Shown: positions 25,558 through 35,799 of the stretch, in pieces
Layout of the letters: each line of letters opens with the position of its first letter
Numbering within the stretch: the first letter of the stretch is position 1
Assembly (NCBI GenBank): GCA_010909165.1
Contig: VJWM01000108.1
Coordinates: forward strand, 248,001-312,000
Direction: 5' to 3'
DNA length: 64,000 nucleotides
From: Anthoceros angustus
Taxonomy: Eukaryota > Plantae > Anthocerotophyta
Made by a program: the position numbers and the translations under genes
The notes under the pieces: generated by a model
What the model saw: the letters and a program-made list of their open reading frames with translations, nothing else
Database searches by the model: none
Told to the model about the DNA's origin: nothing

Positions 25558-27499
25558 ATGCCGGAGGCGGTGGCGCCGGCGCCGACGCCATGGCCCTTTG
25601 CGCCCATCGTGGCGATGGTGCTGTGCGGCGGATTCCTCATGCTGCAGCTCTGGCCGGCAACGCATCACCGGCATCCGCTGGACCCGACGCGCACCTGGAT
25701 CCCCAAGGATCAGGCCGTGAGCGATGCGCAGCAGTACGTGCAGGCTCGGGCGCAGTCGCAGTGGAACTGGGAGGAGGAAGATCGGGGAGCCGCGGAGGTG
25801 CAGCGTGCTGCTGATATGAAGGCCAGGGGCCAGGCTGTGCACGTCTTCATGAGCACGGATGAGCCGGATCTGCGCCCCATCGCGGTCTTGATCAACTCCA
25901 CTGTCGTGCATGCCAGGTGATGGGATTGTGGGTGTAGGAAGGGATTGATGGGCGGTTCGGGGAAGTGGGACCTTGGTCTGAGGAAGGGAAATGGTTTTGT
26001 GGGTTGCAGGCACCCCGAGCGCCTCGTCTTCTACTTGGTTGTCCCCCCCAGTGAGCACAGCTGGTACAAGCTGAAGGCTTTCTTCCCGAATGTGAGCATT
26101 GAGATATCCAGGTAGTCGTGGTGTTGGCCAGATCAAGGCCTGCAGATATCTGCATTCGACTGGTAGCATGGAGTGCTTGGATGATGTTGCCTGACAGCGA
26201 GCCAGCCAGCTGTTGACTGTTTGGCTTCCTTGGTGGGATTAGGAAACCATTCGACTTTGAACGTATTCGAAACAAGATCACCCTCAACGGGGATAGCAAG
26301 ACCAGGGAGGAGCTGACGAGCCCCTACAACTTTGTGCCCTTCTATCTTCCGAGGATCTATGATGGTGTGGGCAGGCTGGTTTATCTGGATACGGATATTG
26401 TGGTGCAGGTAGGGATTGTGGAGCTATGCGATGCTTGTTGCAGTGTCGGAATTTCGATTGTGGAATGATGCTGGTTTGCTGAATGTGATTCGGGTTAATT
26501 TGTGCAGTGTGGTGTGAGGGTCCTGCAAAGGACTGCCTGCTTTCTCTTGAGTGCAGTTGGGTTGCTTCAGGCCAATGTGTTGCCTAAGTAAGCTTCCACA
26601 TGAGCAGGCTGTGCAGTTGTGTCTTGTAACCAGGCTTTCAGTTGCACAGTACGGAGTCATGTGTGCCTCATAGGTGTGACGGATTCCAAATTTGGTATGC
26701 TTCTCCTGTCCCTCCTTGTAAGCAGCAACTACTGAATGTGGGTCTATGGGCATATTGGCACGCAGGGCGACATCGAAGAGCTGGCAACCCTGGATCTCCA
26801 AGGTCATGCCCTTGCAGCCGTGGAAGACTGTATGCAGCATTTCGAGATCTACTTTAATTTCACCATGCTAGAGGAGATTCGAGCCCGGGATGCAGACAAG
26901 TTTTCCTGGCTACCCAAAGAGGCTTACGACACATCCACATGTGTTTTCAACCGCGGAGTCATGGTTGTCGACACGGCGGAGTGGAAGAAACAGAAGCTCA
27001 CTGAAGCCATCGAGTGGTGGATGAATGAGTATGCCAAACACGATAGCCCTCTTTACAGGTACCGTTGACAGTCCCCTCCTCCCACCATGTCTCATCTTTT
27101 AGTTGATTCCCTCTTGACCCGACTGTTGTTTATCCATCCAGTTATGGGCTGTCTCAACCTCCTTTCCTCCTTGCGGTCTATCGAAGCTACAGAAAACTGG
27201 ATGTCACTTGGAACACCCGTGGACTGGGCCGTCATGAGCTCAGCAACCTGGAAAGGGACTACATGGAGAAACTGGTCCTCAGAAGACCAAAGCGGTCACC
27301 TTTCATATCTCCACATGCTGATTTTGCGAAGATCTTGCATTTTAACGGGAAGTTCAAGCCATGGAAAAGGCAAAGAGTAAGACTTCCCGAGGAGAACATC
27401 ATCTCCCTTTGTGGGCACAAGGAATGTGCAGATATTTGGTGGAGTTATCTGTCCCCCACTGCCAATGATATGCTGAAACCAGTCGAGACTTCTACATGA
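25558..27499 (+). CDS. Glycosyltransferase family 8, GAUT-like/GATL-type type II membrane protein, multi-exon
   Basis: N-terminal TM helix PIVAMVLCGGFLMLQLW, then VHVFMSTD, RLVYLDTDIVVQGDIEEL (DxD motif), FNRGVMVVD..EWKKQKLT, LPPFLLA and ILHFNGKFKPW. Confidence 0.88.
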
Positions 27500-27688
27500 C
27501 ATGCATTTTGTTGATTTTATTCAATTGACCGGATCTGGTCACAGCCCTAGGTTAGCCTACAAGAAATCTGTAGGCGATTTGTCTTAGTGTGATGACCGCA
27601 TAGCCATCCTCTAGGCAAGGATTTGAGAGTCGCGATTACAATATGTACAACGAGGTGGGATCAGATAGAAATAGAAGTTCGGATGGCG

Positions 27689-29857
27689 TCAATGCTCTTC
27701 GCCACAGGAACAGGAGCCATCCTGGAAACGATGTACACGGTGTGAATCTCTAACAACGATTTCTCTCTGCTCAAGACTTGACATGATCTTGGTGCTGCTA
27801 TGGCAGTCATTGCACATTCGCAGATTCTTTGTGACCACCAAAGTTGTGCCATCTGGAGTGTTGAGAAGACCGTATGCCAGAGCCAGCTTCTCGGCATGCC
27901 CACACAGGGCATCTTCCTTCTTCTGCTCAGACATATCCGTCAGCACCAATACAGTTTGTGGCACATGGCCTCCTTCCTGTTTCAACCTCATGCTCACGCT
28001 CTTCACTTTGGATGAGATATCAGACCGTTCTTCTCCCACGGTAAACTCGTGCACCTCGTTCTTCACTTCGATGCATGCCTTTGCAGGCTTCTTCCAAGCA
28101 CCCACTGATTTCCTCAGGCTTTCCAGCTCATCTACATCCTTCCACCTCCCAGCATTTGCAAACATGTTGCCAAGAAGAACATAGGGAGTGCTATTCTCAG
28201 GCTCCAGAGCTACGAGCTGGTCGAAACAACGACGTCCTCGATCTAAGTCGCCATGGGTTTTGCAGGCAGTGAGCAAGGACTTCCATCCCACAACATGGCT
28301 GTCCAGGGGTGCAGTCTGCAAAATGTGCTCAGCCTCATCCAGATGCCCTGCCTGCCCGAGAAGATATATCATGCAGTTGTGGTGGTAATCAGTAGCCACA
28401 ATGCGGTATTCCTCCGCCATCATCCTGAAATATTGTCTGCCTTCATCCACCAGGCCTGCATGAGTGCAGGCCACAAGCAGAGAACTGAAGGTAGCCTCAT
28501 CTGGCCGAACACCCTGCTCCCGCATGTCCTCAAAACACTGCACGGCCATCTGGGCATTGCTATTCTCAGCGAACCCATTCAGCATGGCATTCCATGTCAC
28601 CACACTCTTGGTGGGCAGGCTGTGGAACACAGTCCGTGCATTCTCCAAGCTTCCACACTTGGCATACATGTCCACCAGGCAGCTGGCGATCGTCACGTCC
28701 GCTTCCATGCCTCTTGCACGAATCTGCTCGTGAAGCTGCTTCCCCGTCTGCAAAGCCCCCAGGCTGGCACAGGCTTGGAGGAGGCACACGAATGTGACAA
28801 GGCTGGCTGGAGTCATCCCCTCCTTCTGCATCCTGGCATAAAGAGCTAAGGCCTCTCGACCGAGCCCCTGCTGCTCGTACCCTGCGATCATGGCATTCCA
28901 TGACACCACATCCCTGGAAGGCAACTCATCAAACACCCTCCTCGCATCTTCTAAGCTTCCACATTTGGCATACATGTTCACCAGGCTGTTGCCCACGAAC
29001 ACATTCACCTTCCGTTCACTGGCCACAATATCAGCATGCACCTCCTTCCCGGACACCAAATCCGCTGCAGCAGCACAGGCCTTCAGCACAGACACAAAAA
29101 CATGGTTATCCGGCTTCACCCCCGACTCCCGCATCTGTCGATACAGCTCCACAGCCTCCATGGGTCTTCCATGCCGAGCATGTGCCAGGATGATGGTGCA
29201 CCAGAGATGGGCATCCGGACATCCCACCTTGCTGAACACTTGTGCTGCATCTCCCAGGCTGCCAAGGGCAGCATACATCCCGACAACATGGGTGGCCAGG
29301 AAGGCATCCTTCTCGAACCCACTCTTCACAGCCAGAGCATGAACTCTCATCCCCGCACCCAAATCCTTCTGCCCCACACACATCTTGAGAATTCGACAGA
29401 ACAGAGCTGCCGGAACAGGACATCCTTCCTGCACCAACAGGTCCAAGCCTTCAAGGGCGTCCGGCAGCTCCCCCTCCAGACACCTCTTTCTCAAGGCTGC
29501 AACCTCAGGGGAGTCCCCTCCCTGCCAGCCCTCGCTGCAGGCATCCCACCTGGCCAACTCCGAATCCACCCACCCAGGCCTCCGCCGGTTGTTCAGCCAC
29601 AGGGGCTCCTTGGACGTCCTGTGCCTGAAGTCGGGATACCGGGAGTTGGTCTTCTCCGCTCTGTAGTCCCGCCATTGGGTGGGATCGCGGAAGAAAAGCT
29701 CCCACAAGTGTTCCTGCCGCTCTTTCTCGGAAAGCCCATCTGTGGCAACCGCAGACCGGGGCTGCTGAGTCCACGACCGCTGCTGCTGCGTCCCCCGACG
29801 GAGGGCATCTGGAGCTGCCGCAGTCGGCAACGGGAGCGTTCGCAGCTCCAGGGTCAT
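27689..29857 (-). CDS. PLS-class PPR protein with E1-E2-DYW:KP domain (candidate U-to-C RNA editing factor) and an N-terminal OSB-type PDF motif
   Basis: 722-aa ORF with about 11 L/S/P motifs, E1 (VVGWKSLLTACK..GDLDRGRRCFDQL), E2, KKPAKACIEV in place of the PG box, HAEKLA, CNDC and C-terminus SCSCGEEH. Residues ~52-101 form the PDF-like motif. An extra upstream exon is possible (acceptor at 29876). Confidence 0.93.
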   Translation of the reverse strand: MTLELRTLPLPTAAAPDALRRGTQQQRSWTQQPRSAVATDGLSEKERQEHLWELFFRDPTQWRDYRAEKTNSRYPDFRHRTSKEPLWLNNRRRPGWVDSELARWDACSEGWQGGDSPEVAALRKRCLEGELPDALEGLDLLVQEGCPVPAALFCRILKMCVGQKDLGAGMRVHALAVKSGFEKDAFLATHVVGMYAALGSLGDAAQVFSKVGCPDAHLWCTIILAHARHGRPMEAVELYRQMRESGVKPDNHVFVSVLKACAAAADLVSGKEVHADIVASERKVNVFVGNSLVNMYAKCGSLEDARRVFDELPSRDVVSWNAMIAGYEQQGLGREALALYARMQKEGMTPASLVTFVCLLQACASLGALQTGKQLHEQIRARGMEADVTIASCLVDMYAKCGSLENARTVFHSLPTKSVVTWNAMLNGFAENSNAQMAVQCFEDMREQGVRPDEATFSSLLVACTHAGLVDEGRQYFRMMAEEYRIVATDYHHNCMIYLLGQAGHLDEAEHILQTAPLDSHVVGWKSLLTACKTHGDLDRGRRCFDQLVALEPENSTPYVLLGNMFANAGRWKDVDELESLRKSVGAWKKPAKACIEVKNEVHEFTVGEERSDISSKVKSVSMRLKQEGGHVPQTVLVLTDMSEQKKEDALCGHAEKLALAYGLLNTPDGTTLVVTKNLRMCNDCHSSTKIMSSLEQREIVVRDSHRVHRFQDGSCSCGEEH

Positions 29858-30262
29858 CTTCTCATCAGCAGAAGTCTAGACATGCATTCCTGCCGGCTGC
29901 AACCCACATTGCTAGGAGACGATGCGCACCTTCAAGTCATTGGAAGCAGTGTCTTGGCAGTTCAGTTGAAAGACCAGAACATGTGCTGAACGAAGGAGAG
30001 CCTACAGCTGCCCTGTACTACTTTCATTCATCGCCTGGACGCCCAGAGGGTAGCACGCATCAGAGCACATGGCATCAGCAGGACCTGCAGCAGCTGCAGG
30101 TTGGAAGGACGGTCTTTGGGGGACTTTTCTCCAGGCATGGATGCCGCGAGCGAGACACGATGCTGTTGAGGCTGCAACCTTCCTGCAGCCACTGCTGCAT
30201 GGATTATTCAGTGCAGAGGATTCGGGTGTTTGAACTGGATGTCGTTTGCATATGCATAGCGG

Positions 30263-32705
30263 ATGATGCACCCACCGACTGGGTGGTCAAAGCTGCACAG
30301 GACTTTGGCTTCGGGGTGGTTCCTTGGATCTTCATATGGGGAGGCCACATCATGGATGGCTGGGAGGCGGTTGAGTGGGGCAGCCTCTCGACGGCGAGAG
30401 GCACATTCATCGGAAGTGATGAATGGGGTAGTGGGCAAACCCGGGTACATTCTGAGAACTGTTGAAGCCTGTTGCCATGAGTTGTCCTTCTGATCGTATG
30501 TGTGTGCTAACCTGGTTGCAGCATGGATGGTGGTGCAGGAGAGAAGCTCCTGATAAGCAAAGTGACGGGTTCAGGAACATGTGTGAGAACGGGCATCTCC
30601 TTGAGGCGTTCCGCATTGTCCGCTTTGTTGCCCAGCAAAGGATCAGTGTGCCTGTGAACATGTTGTGTCTCCTTCTTGAGGGCTGCATCAAACTGAAGGA
30701 CATGGCAGTCGGCAAGGGAGTCCATTCGGTCGTTACAGAGACTGGAGTGCAATCCAGTTTGGTGAACAATCACCTGATCCGAATGTATGCTTCTTGCGGG
30801 TTCCTGGCAGATGCAAGCCAGCTGTTTAGAAGCCTTCCTTTTCCAGACATGTTTGAATGGGCTGCAATTGTATCAGCGCATGGGAAGTATGGAGATCCTG
30901 AGCAGGCAATCAAACTGTACCAGCAAATGAAACAGTCAACCGTGGAACCGAATGACTATGTGCTTGTCGCTGCCCTTAAAGCGTGTTCAGATGCAGCTTC
31001 TCTAACCGGGGGCAAGCTGATTCACACTCACGTCGTGGAATTGGGGTACGAATCCAACCCATATGTCTGCAGCTCCCTGATCGACATGTACGCCAAATGT
31101 GGGAGCCTGCAGGAAGCGAGGAAAGCCTTTGACAGACTCCCAACAAAAGATCAGGTGACATGGACCACAATGATCACAGCTTATGCTCAGCACGGAGATG
31201 GTGACTTGGCTCTCCAGATGTTTCAGCAGATGAGAGGAGAGGGCATCCAGGCAGATAAGTTTACCCTTGTCAGTGCCTTAAAAGCATGTTCAAGCACCGC
31301 GTCGTTGGACTATGGCAAGCTGCTCTATGAAGATGCAGTTGTTAAAAGTGGGTTTCAGGCAGATGTGTGTGTGTCCAACATCGTCATTGACATGTATGTC
31401 AAGTGTCATAGCCTGGAGGATGCGCGCCGAGTGTTCGAGAGGTTGGCAGCCAAGGATGTTGTGTCGTGGACTGCCATGATCGCAGGGTATACCCAGTATG
31501 GGGTGGGAGAGGAGGCCATCAATCTGTTCGAGCAGATGCAACAGGATGGTGTCAGACCCAACAAGGTCACCGTCATGAATATGCTGAAAGCGTGCTCAAT
31601 CACAGCAGCCCTTGATTATGGCAAGCTGCTTCATGGCCAAATTAGGCAAAGGGATTTTGCTTCCGACCTGCTCATCGGCAACAATCTCATACACATGTAT
31701 GCAAAATGTGGAAGCTTACAAGATGCTCGCATTGTGTTTGACAGGCTACCAGCAAGAAGTTTGGTCACATGGAATGTGATGCTGGCAGGATACGTTCAGC
31801 ATGGAGGTGGGCAAGAGGCACTTCACCTGTTTCAGCAGATGCACCTTGAGGGCCTGCAGCCAGACAGAATCACGTTTGTTGCCGTGATGAATGCATGTTC
31901 CAGCGTGGCAGCCCTGGATCAGGGCAAGCTGCTTCATGCCCACATTGTGGAAAATGATATGGAGTCAGATGTGCGTGTTGGCAGCAGTCTCATCGACATG
32001 TACTCCAAATGCGGGAGCCTGGAGGAGGCAAGCATGGTGTTTTACAGACAGCCAACGAAAAGCCTGGTGACCTGGAATGCTATGATCTCAGGCCAGGCCC
32101 TAGAAGGTGATGCTCAGGAGGCCCTGCTCCTGTTTGAGCAGATGCAGAAGGAGGGCGTTTCTCCAGACGAAGTCACCTTCATCTGTCTACTCGCAGCATG
32201 CAGTCGTGCCGGCCTCTGGGATACAGGCAAGAGCTTGTTTCAGTCTATGTCAGAGGAGTTTAACATCACTCCAGGCGTGGAGCATTGTGCTTGCATGGTA
32301 GACCTCTTTGCCCGTGCCGGGTATCTCCAAGAGGCAGAGCACTTCATCCTGAACATGCCATCACAACCCGACGTCATCGTGTGGATGTGTTTGCTTGCGG
32401 GTAGCCTAACCCACCACAACCTTGAACTGGGGAGGCGTGCTTTTGACTCCATCTTGAATATAGACCCAACCAATGCAGCAGCATATGTCTTGATGTCAAA
32501 CCTGTATGCATCAGAGGGCAGGTGGGAAGACAAAGCCAAAGTCCTTAACCTGATGCATCATGCCGGTGTCAAGAAGGAACGTGGCTGCTCTTGGGTGCAG
32601 TGTGACAATCAGGTGCATAGTTTCATGGTTGCAGATACTTGCCATCCTGAAAGAAGCCAAATCTATGCAAAGTTGATGGAGATAATGAACCAAGAAACGC
32701 CATGA
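30263..32705 (+). CDS. PLS-class PPR, E+ type (truncated DYW), 2 exons: 30263-30444, 30539-32705
   Basis: About 17 L/S/P motifs, E1, E2, then KKERGCSWVQ...HSFMVADTCHPERSQIY and a stop before the deaminase HxE motif. The upstream exon encodes a transit-peptide-like sequence and joins in frame through a 94-nt GT-AG intron with a CTAAC branch point. Confidence 0.92.
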
Positions 32706-33575
32706 GCTCTACCATGGTTGGATCACTTTAGGGGCGCACTTATCTTCTCGATTGATGTGATGTGCAACTGGATTGAGAAGGGAAGGGGAACACGTACTGT
32801 CGTAATTACCCATCGTTTCACATACTCACAGGACGTGCTTGCGAAACTCTTCGATGTACTAACCGTGTCCATTTTCACCAACAATGCATGCACCATGAAC
32901 TTGAGGCTAGTCAACTAAAACAACATAGTTTTAGTGGGTGAGAGTTTTTCCAAGTCCCGCGTAACCTGCAATGGTATCTAGGCACATGTTCATATGACTT
33001 TGGGAAGAGTGCAGTCTCTTTTTATTGTGATAATATGATGTGTAACATAAGGGAATCAGAACTTCTAACCCCTGCTGAAGATTTTTTCTCCCCCGGATTT
33101 GTTTTAATTTATTTTAAAAAATATTAAATTTTAAAAAAAAACATATAACTGCATCTTAATAGACCTAATTGGCATGTGAACCCACTATCTATGTAGCGTT
33201 GGGTTGGACATAATTCAGCAGACTATAAATTAATCTAGATTATACGTAATTTGTGTTGTTGGCAATTGGTTCCACCATCCGCCACTCTGGTTTTTCTCTA
33301 CTAGCCAGATTTTCGCCCGCTTGTTTGGTCCATAGCTTTGCATCATCGACGATTAGTTTGTTGCTCGTTGCGCTTTGCTTTGACTAAAACCCAACCAATG
33401 AGGTCACAAGATCTGAACTCCCCTTTGGGACTCCTGTGGCTCTCACGCCATTGCTCACCAGGGGCCCTATCTGCCCCTCCTTGCATGACCTGTCTCCCTT
33501 GACCCTCATCCCCACCCAGGCTGTCTAGGAGCCCTTGAGCTCTTCTCTCATGAGCTTTCTTTGGTAGCTTGAAGG

Positions 33576-35170
33576 TCAAGCCGCCCAAGTGCCTCCGTCT
33601 GGGTCCCACCTACTGGTTTCGCTGGGAGATTGCTGGGACTCGGGATCTATCTCGATTCTCCTGACTTCACCTGGGAGCTTCTGGACGCCTGCAGAGACCT
33701 CTCCCATGTCGAGGACCTCCTTGCCGGAGGATACGTGGCCTTTTGAATTCTTTCCTCCTGCTAGGCGCTCAGTTACCTCATCAGAGACCGCCTCCGCCCC
33801 GGACGGTGTGACACTATCTGGGATACTCTGCCGAACCTCTTCAAAAGACGAGCAACCAAGGTGTTTTGCCATCGCCACTTGAATAATATGAAATTTCTTC
33901 CAAGAGATATATCTCATCCATTCCTTTCAGTGAGACCGCCAACACTTTCTCCAGAGCGTGATAAGCATCCCACACTCCTGAATCTTGAAATGATTTCCAA
34001 GGCTTTGCAAGTATCTTTTGGCTTCACATAAACAGTCTATTTTGTTGGCCTCCTGCCCACTTTCCGCCCACCTTGCTCTTCTTGCTTGCACTGCCATCAC
34101 ATGCTTCTTCCGCTCTAGCAACTCTCCCGCTCCCACTTGGTAAAATCTTGTCTACATTTTCCCATACCCTACCCTCTTGTTTCGCAATGCATAAAATATG
34201 GGTCCTGTCAACCTTGTTCGCTTTATAAACATCATCCTCGTGCTTCATCATCCTCAATAAGACCCAACACCTTAAAGTTGAATTTCCATGTCATGGTCAT
34301 CTCGTGACAGATCCCGCTTCGCAATAATCAATTCATCCTCAAATACCTCACCGCCTATAAAATTCATCTTCGCTTATCGACATAGTATTATGGTCCGTCG
34401 AGGACTCGTGATCTCTCAGACGCTTGAGACCACAGACATGAGCCTCCACATATTGAAACCGCGTTGAGAGATATCCGCAAGATGCTTCATTGCCGATAAG
34501 TGTGGTTTCCTCCAAGTACTCCCATGACATATTTTTGGCCCGAATCCGCTACCTAGCTTTTCCATGTCATCACACTCCGCAGGATCAATCATACAGAGGC
34601 AAAACGCCTTCTTCAATCCTCCTTTGATATAACACGCCAAATATTAGCCCATGCTTCATCAACCCCGCGATCTGCATCCGTGTACGATGCGGTCAAGGTT
34701 CTCTAATTTCACCAGATCGCTTCCAATACCACTTTCTTCGTGATATGCTCGCCTTCGACCTGTCAGTGGTCTTCAACCGATAGCCTCCGCAATCCTCTCG
34801 ATACACGTAACAGCGGGAATCTCACCCACGTTTTCCACCCTCTCAGCTTTGTCCCTTTCCTCTTTGCTTTTGCCTTAGGAGGGTCCTCGCCATTCCTTCT
34901 TCTCCCATCTCCTTCAAAACGACTGCCTTCCTTTTCCCCTTCGTCCCTACCGCCTCCCGCAGCCTCCTGTTAGCGAGAGGCGGGGCCCGCCTCCTCATGC
35001 AGGAGCTGAGGCCGCCTCGTGAGGGCGCCGGCCGGCCGTGTCCCTCTCCAACTTCCAAAACCGTCGGGGTGGGACGGCCTCGACTGCTGATGAGGCGCCA
35101 TGCCGCGCCTACCTCTCCGAGCCTCAGAACCCCGGGTTTCAGGGGCATGAAAACCCCGAGATCCATGTCC
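33576..35170 (-). pseudogene. Degenerate TE-associated ORF with a ParB/Srx-like motif
   Basis: Reading across frameshifts gives ...IDPAECDDMEKL...YVMGVLGGNHT.SAMKHLADIS..RFQYVEAHV...DHNT. GGNHT at 34513-34499 resembles the ParB/Srx GxHR-type motif. Many stops and indels. Confidence 0.4.
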
Positions 35171-35799
35171 TCCTCGCGATCTCAATGCTCTTCATCGAGT
35201 GTCCGAGGACATCGTATCGGGCCATAGTCTTCATCCTCCGCCAAACCCCGACCTCCTCTTCTCACCGTCCTTCTCTTCCTCTCATCCGCACTCGGCTTTT
35301 GCATGCGCCCGCCATGACCTCTGGCCGCACGATCGCTTGGGTGATTTCGCAGACAACGCTCCTTATGAATGCATTCCCCATCATAGATCCTCGCACAATG
35401 AACAACGCTCAGTTAAAGGCCGGTCAGCGGAAAGCATAAAAATGAAATAGGGTAAGGTTTGCGAATACCGATTGCTCCACCGCATTCCCAAACTGCAAAA
35501 GCTGCGTTCGCATTTTGATAACAAGGTTGTTGAACCCGATTAAAGCTCGGGACCGGACCGGGCACCGATCGAATTCTTGAGGCCTTGTAATGCATAGAAT
35601 CGTACATCGGATCCCATTTGACATGTCCAATGTTGCCCTACACTAGCCATCCCGCCTCGCTCGCTGATTTGGCAAAGGCATCCTTGTAACCCATAATCCA
35701 TGCCTTGTACAGGCGTCCAAACATACTCGCCTTCTCGGTTCAGATCCCGAACAACCATCCAATCCTTGTCCAGATCTTCACCGCATCCATCGTGCTCCA

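Noticed and set aside
29036-29989. 317-aa plus-strand ORF and other long ORFs overlapping the PPR genes
   Set aside because: Antisense or alternate-frame shadows of the PPR CDSs.
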